A stretch of DNA of 60,707 bases, the filler included, from Gonapodya sp. JEL0774 (Eukaryota): the NCBI GenBank assembly GCA_027604505.1. It is 11 parts of 11 records of this genome, joined end to end, with 100 filler letters (N's around TTAATTAATTAA, not from the genome) between each part and the next. Parts side by side here need not be neighbours in the genome. Positions count along the whole stretch, not along the records: positions 55,325 to 60,707 come from JADIIX010000727.1; 10 more parts are not named here. One strand, written 5' to 3'. The notes under the pieces are model-generated. The model saw nothing but the letters and a program-made list of their open reading frames with translations. It did no database searches and was not told the DNA's origin. This document shows, piece by piece, positions 60,051-60,707 of this stretch. Made by a program: the position numbers and the translations under genes. Positions within the stretch are counted from its first letter, which is position 1; each line of letters opens with the position of its first letter.

Positions 60051-60707
60051 ATGTCCACCCCTAGATCAATTTTCCGACTTGAAGACCGTCCGGAGACCGT
60101 GCCTCGTCTGCCAGGCAATCAGGGAGTGGAATTAACCGCGAAACGCGATGACCAACCGTCTCGCCTCGCGGCGCTGGCACGACGAAGAATCCAAAGGGGA
60201 TACGAGTCTTTTATGTCTGACTCAGATGATAAGACTGGTGCGTGAATGGAAGGACCGGGAAACAGCAGCCGTCATGACGCCAAGAGAACTGAGGCATGGA
60301 TGACTCCGTCTAGAATTCTGGGACCAATACGCAGACGGTTCCGTAACTTATTTCGGGGGAAACTTCAAAAAGTGAGTGGCTAATGACTATGCGAGCGGGG
60401 CACATAACACAACTGTTGTGATGTCTTCTCGGCAACATATATGTGCCGTGAATGTGATTCCGACTGATCACTCGTTTTTCGCGACATTTTTCTTCCAAAA
60501 CCAGTATGAACCGGTATCCTCGAAGTACAAAACTATTCTGGGGAGTTTTTTATGTTCTTGCGACACATGGTCTGAAGGTGGGTCATGCTGACTTGCAACT
60601 GCCGCACAGCTCCTTCGATTGCACAGACATGCATGACACTCATTGGAATCTGCCCCACGTTATCCATGCAAACGTGAATGCACGCTGCAAATGGCATGGA
60701 TCATGGC
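60051..60707 (+). CDS. SnoaL/NTF2-like protein, tandem copy C, 3'-truncated
   Basis: SIFRLEDR..FMSDSDDKT|EFWDQYADGSVTYFGGNFK|NMNRYPRSTKLFWGVFYVLATHGLK|; same exon structure as copy B. Confidence 0.65.

Overview
This is eukaryotic, intron-dense (mostly 50-130 nt introns) fungal-type DNA, and the window is not one locus. It is 11 unrelated contigs of about 5.4 kb, sorted by decreasing length (5471, 5459, 5456, 5434, 5432, 5426, 5417, 5417, 5415, 5397, 5383 nt) and joined by identical 100-nt N44-TTAATTAATTAA-N44 spacers, so linkage holds only within a contig. The mix of Sla1-like, EGCase-like and ACS-type MFS genes with flagellar or sperm-type genes (CatSper alpha subunit, 4-domain EEEE Ca channel, LRRC43-like) points to a zoosporic early-diverging fungus. 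A chytrid or monoblepharid such as Gonapodya is my inference, not verified. Contents by contig: (1) peroxisomal long-chain acyl-CoA synthetase and MCC beta subunit; (2) Sla1-like adaptor with two SHD1 domains and a TKL kinase; (3) voltage-gated Ca channel; (4) P2-type ATPase and CatSper1-like channel; (5) end of an MFS gene, enoyl-CoA hydratase and a GH5 endoglycoceramidase-like gene; (6) hexa-ubiquitin, an ankyrin protein and the end of a carboxylesterase; (7) ankyrin protein, flavin amine oxidase and SER1; (8) two NDH-2 paralogs flanking an SDR; (9) a decayed copia element with a short LTR inserted into a zinc-knuckle/protease retroelement; (10) LRRC43-like and F-box genes; (11) an F-box-ankyrin pseudogene and a three-gene tandem SnoaL/NTF2-like family. 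The best candidate for an under-described system is a sperm-type flagellar Ca2+ signalling toolkit in a fungus: CatSper1-like physically next to a P2 ATPase, plus an EEEE channel whose domain-I voltage sensor is degenerate. All gene models were spliced by eye, and exon boundaries outside conserved motifs are approximate.
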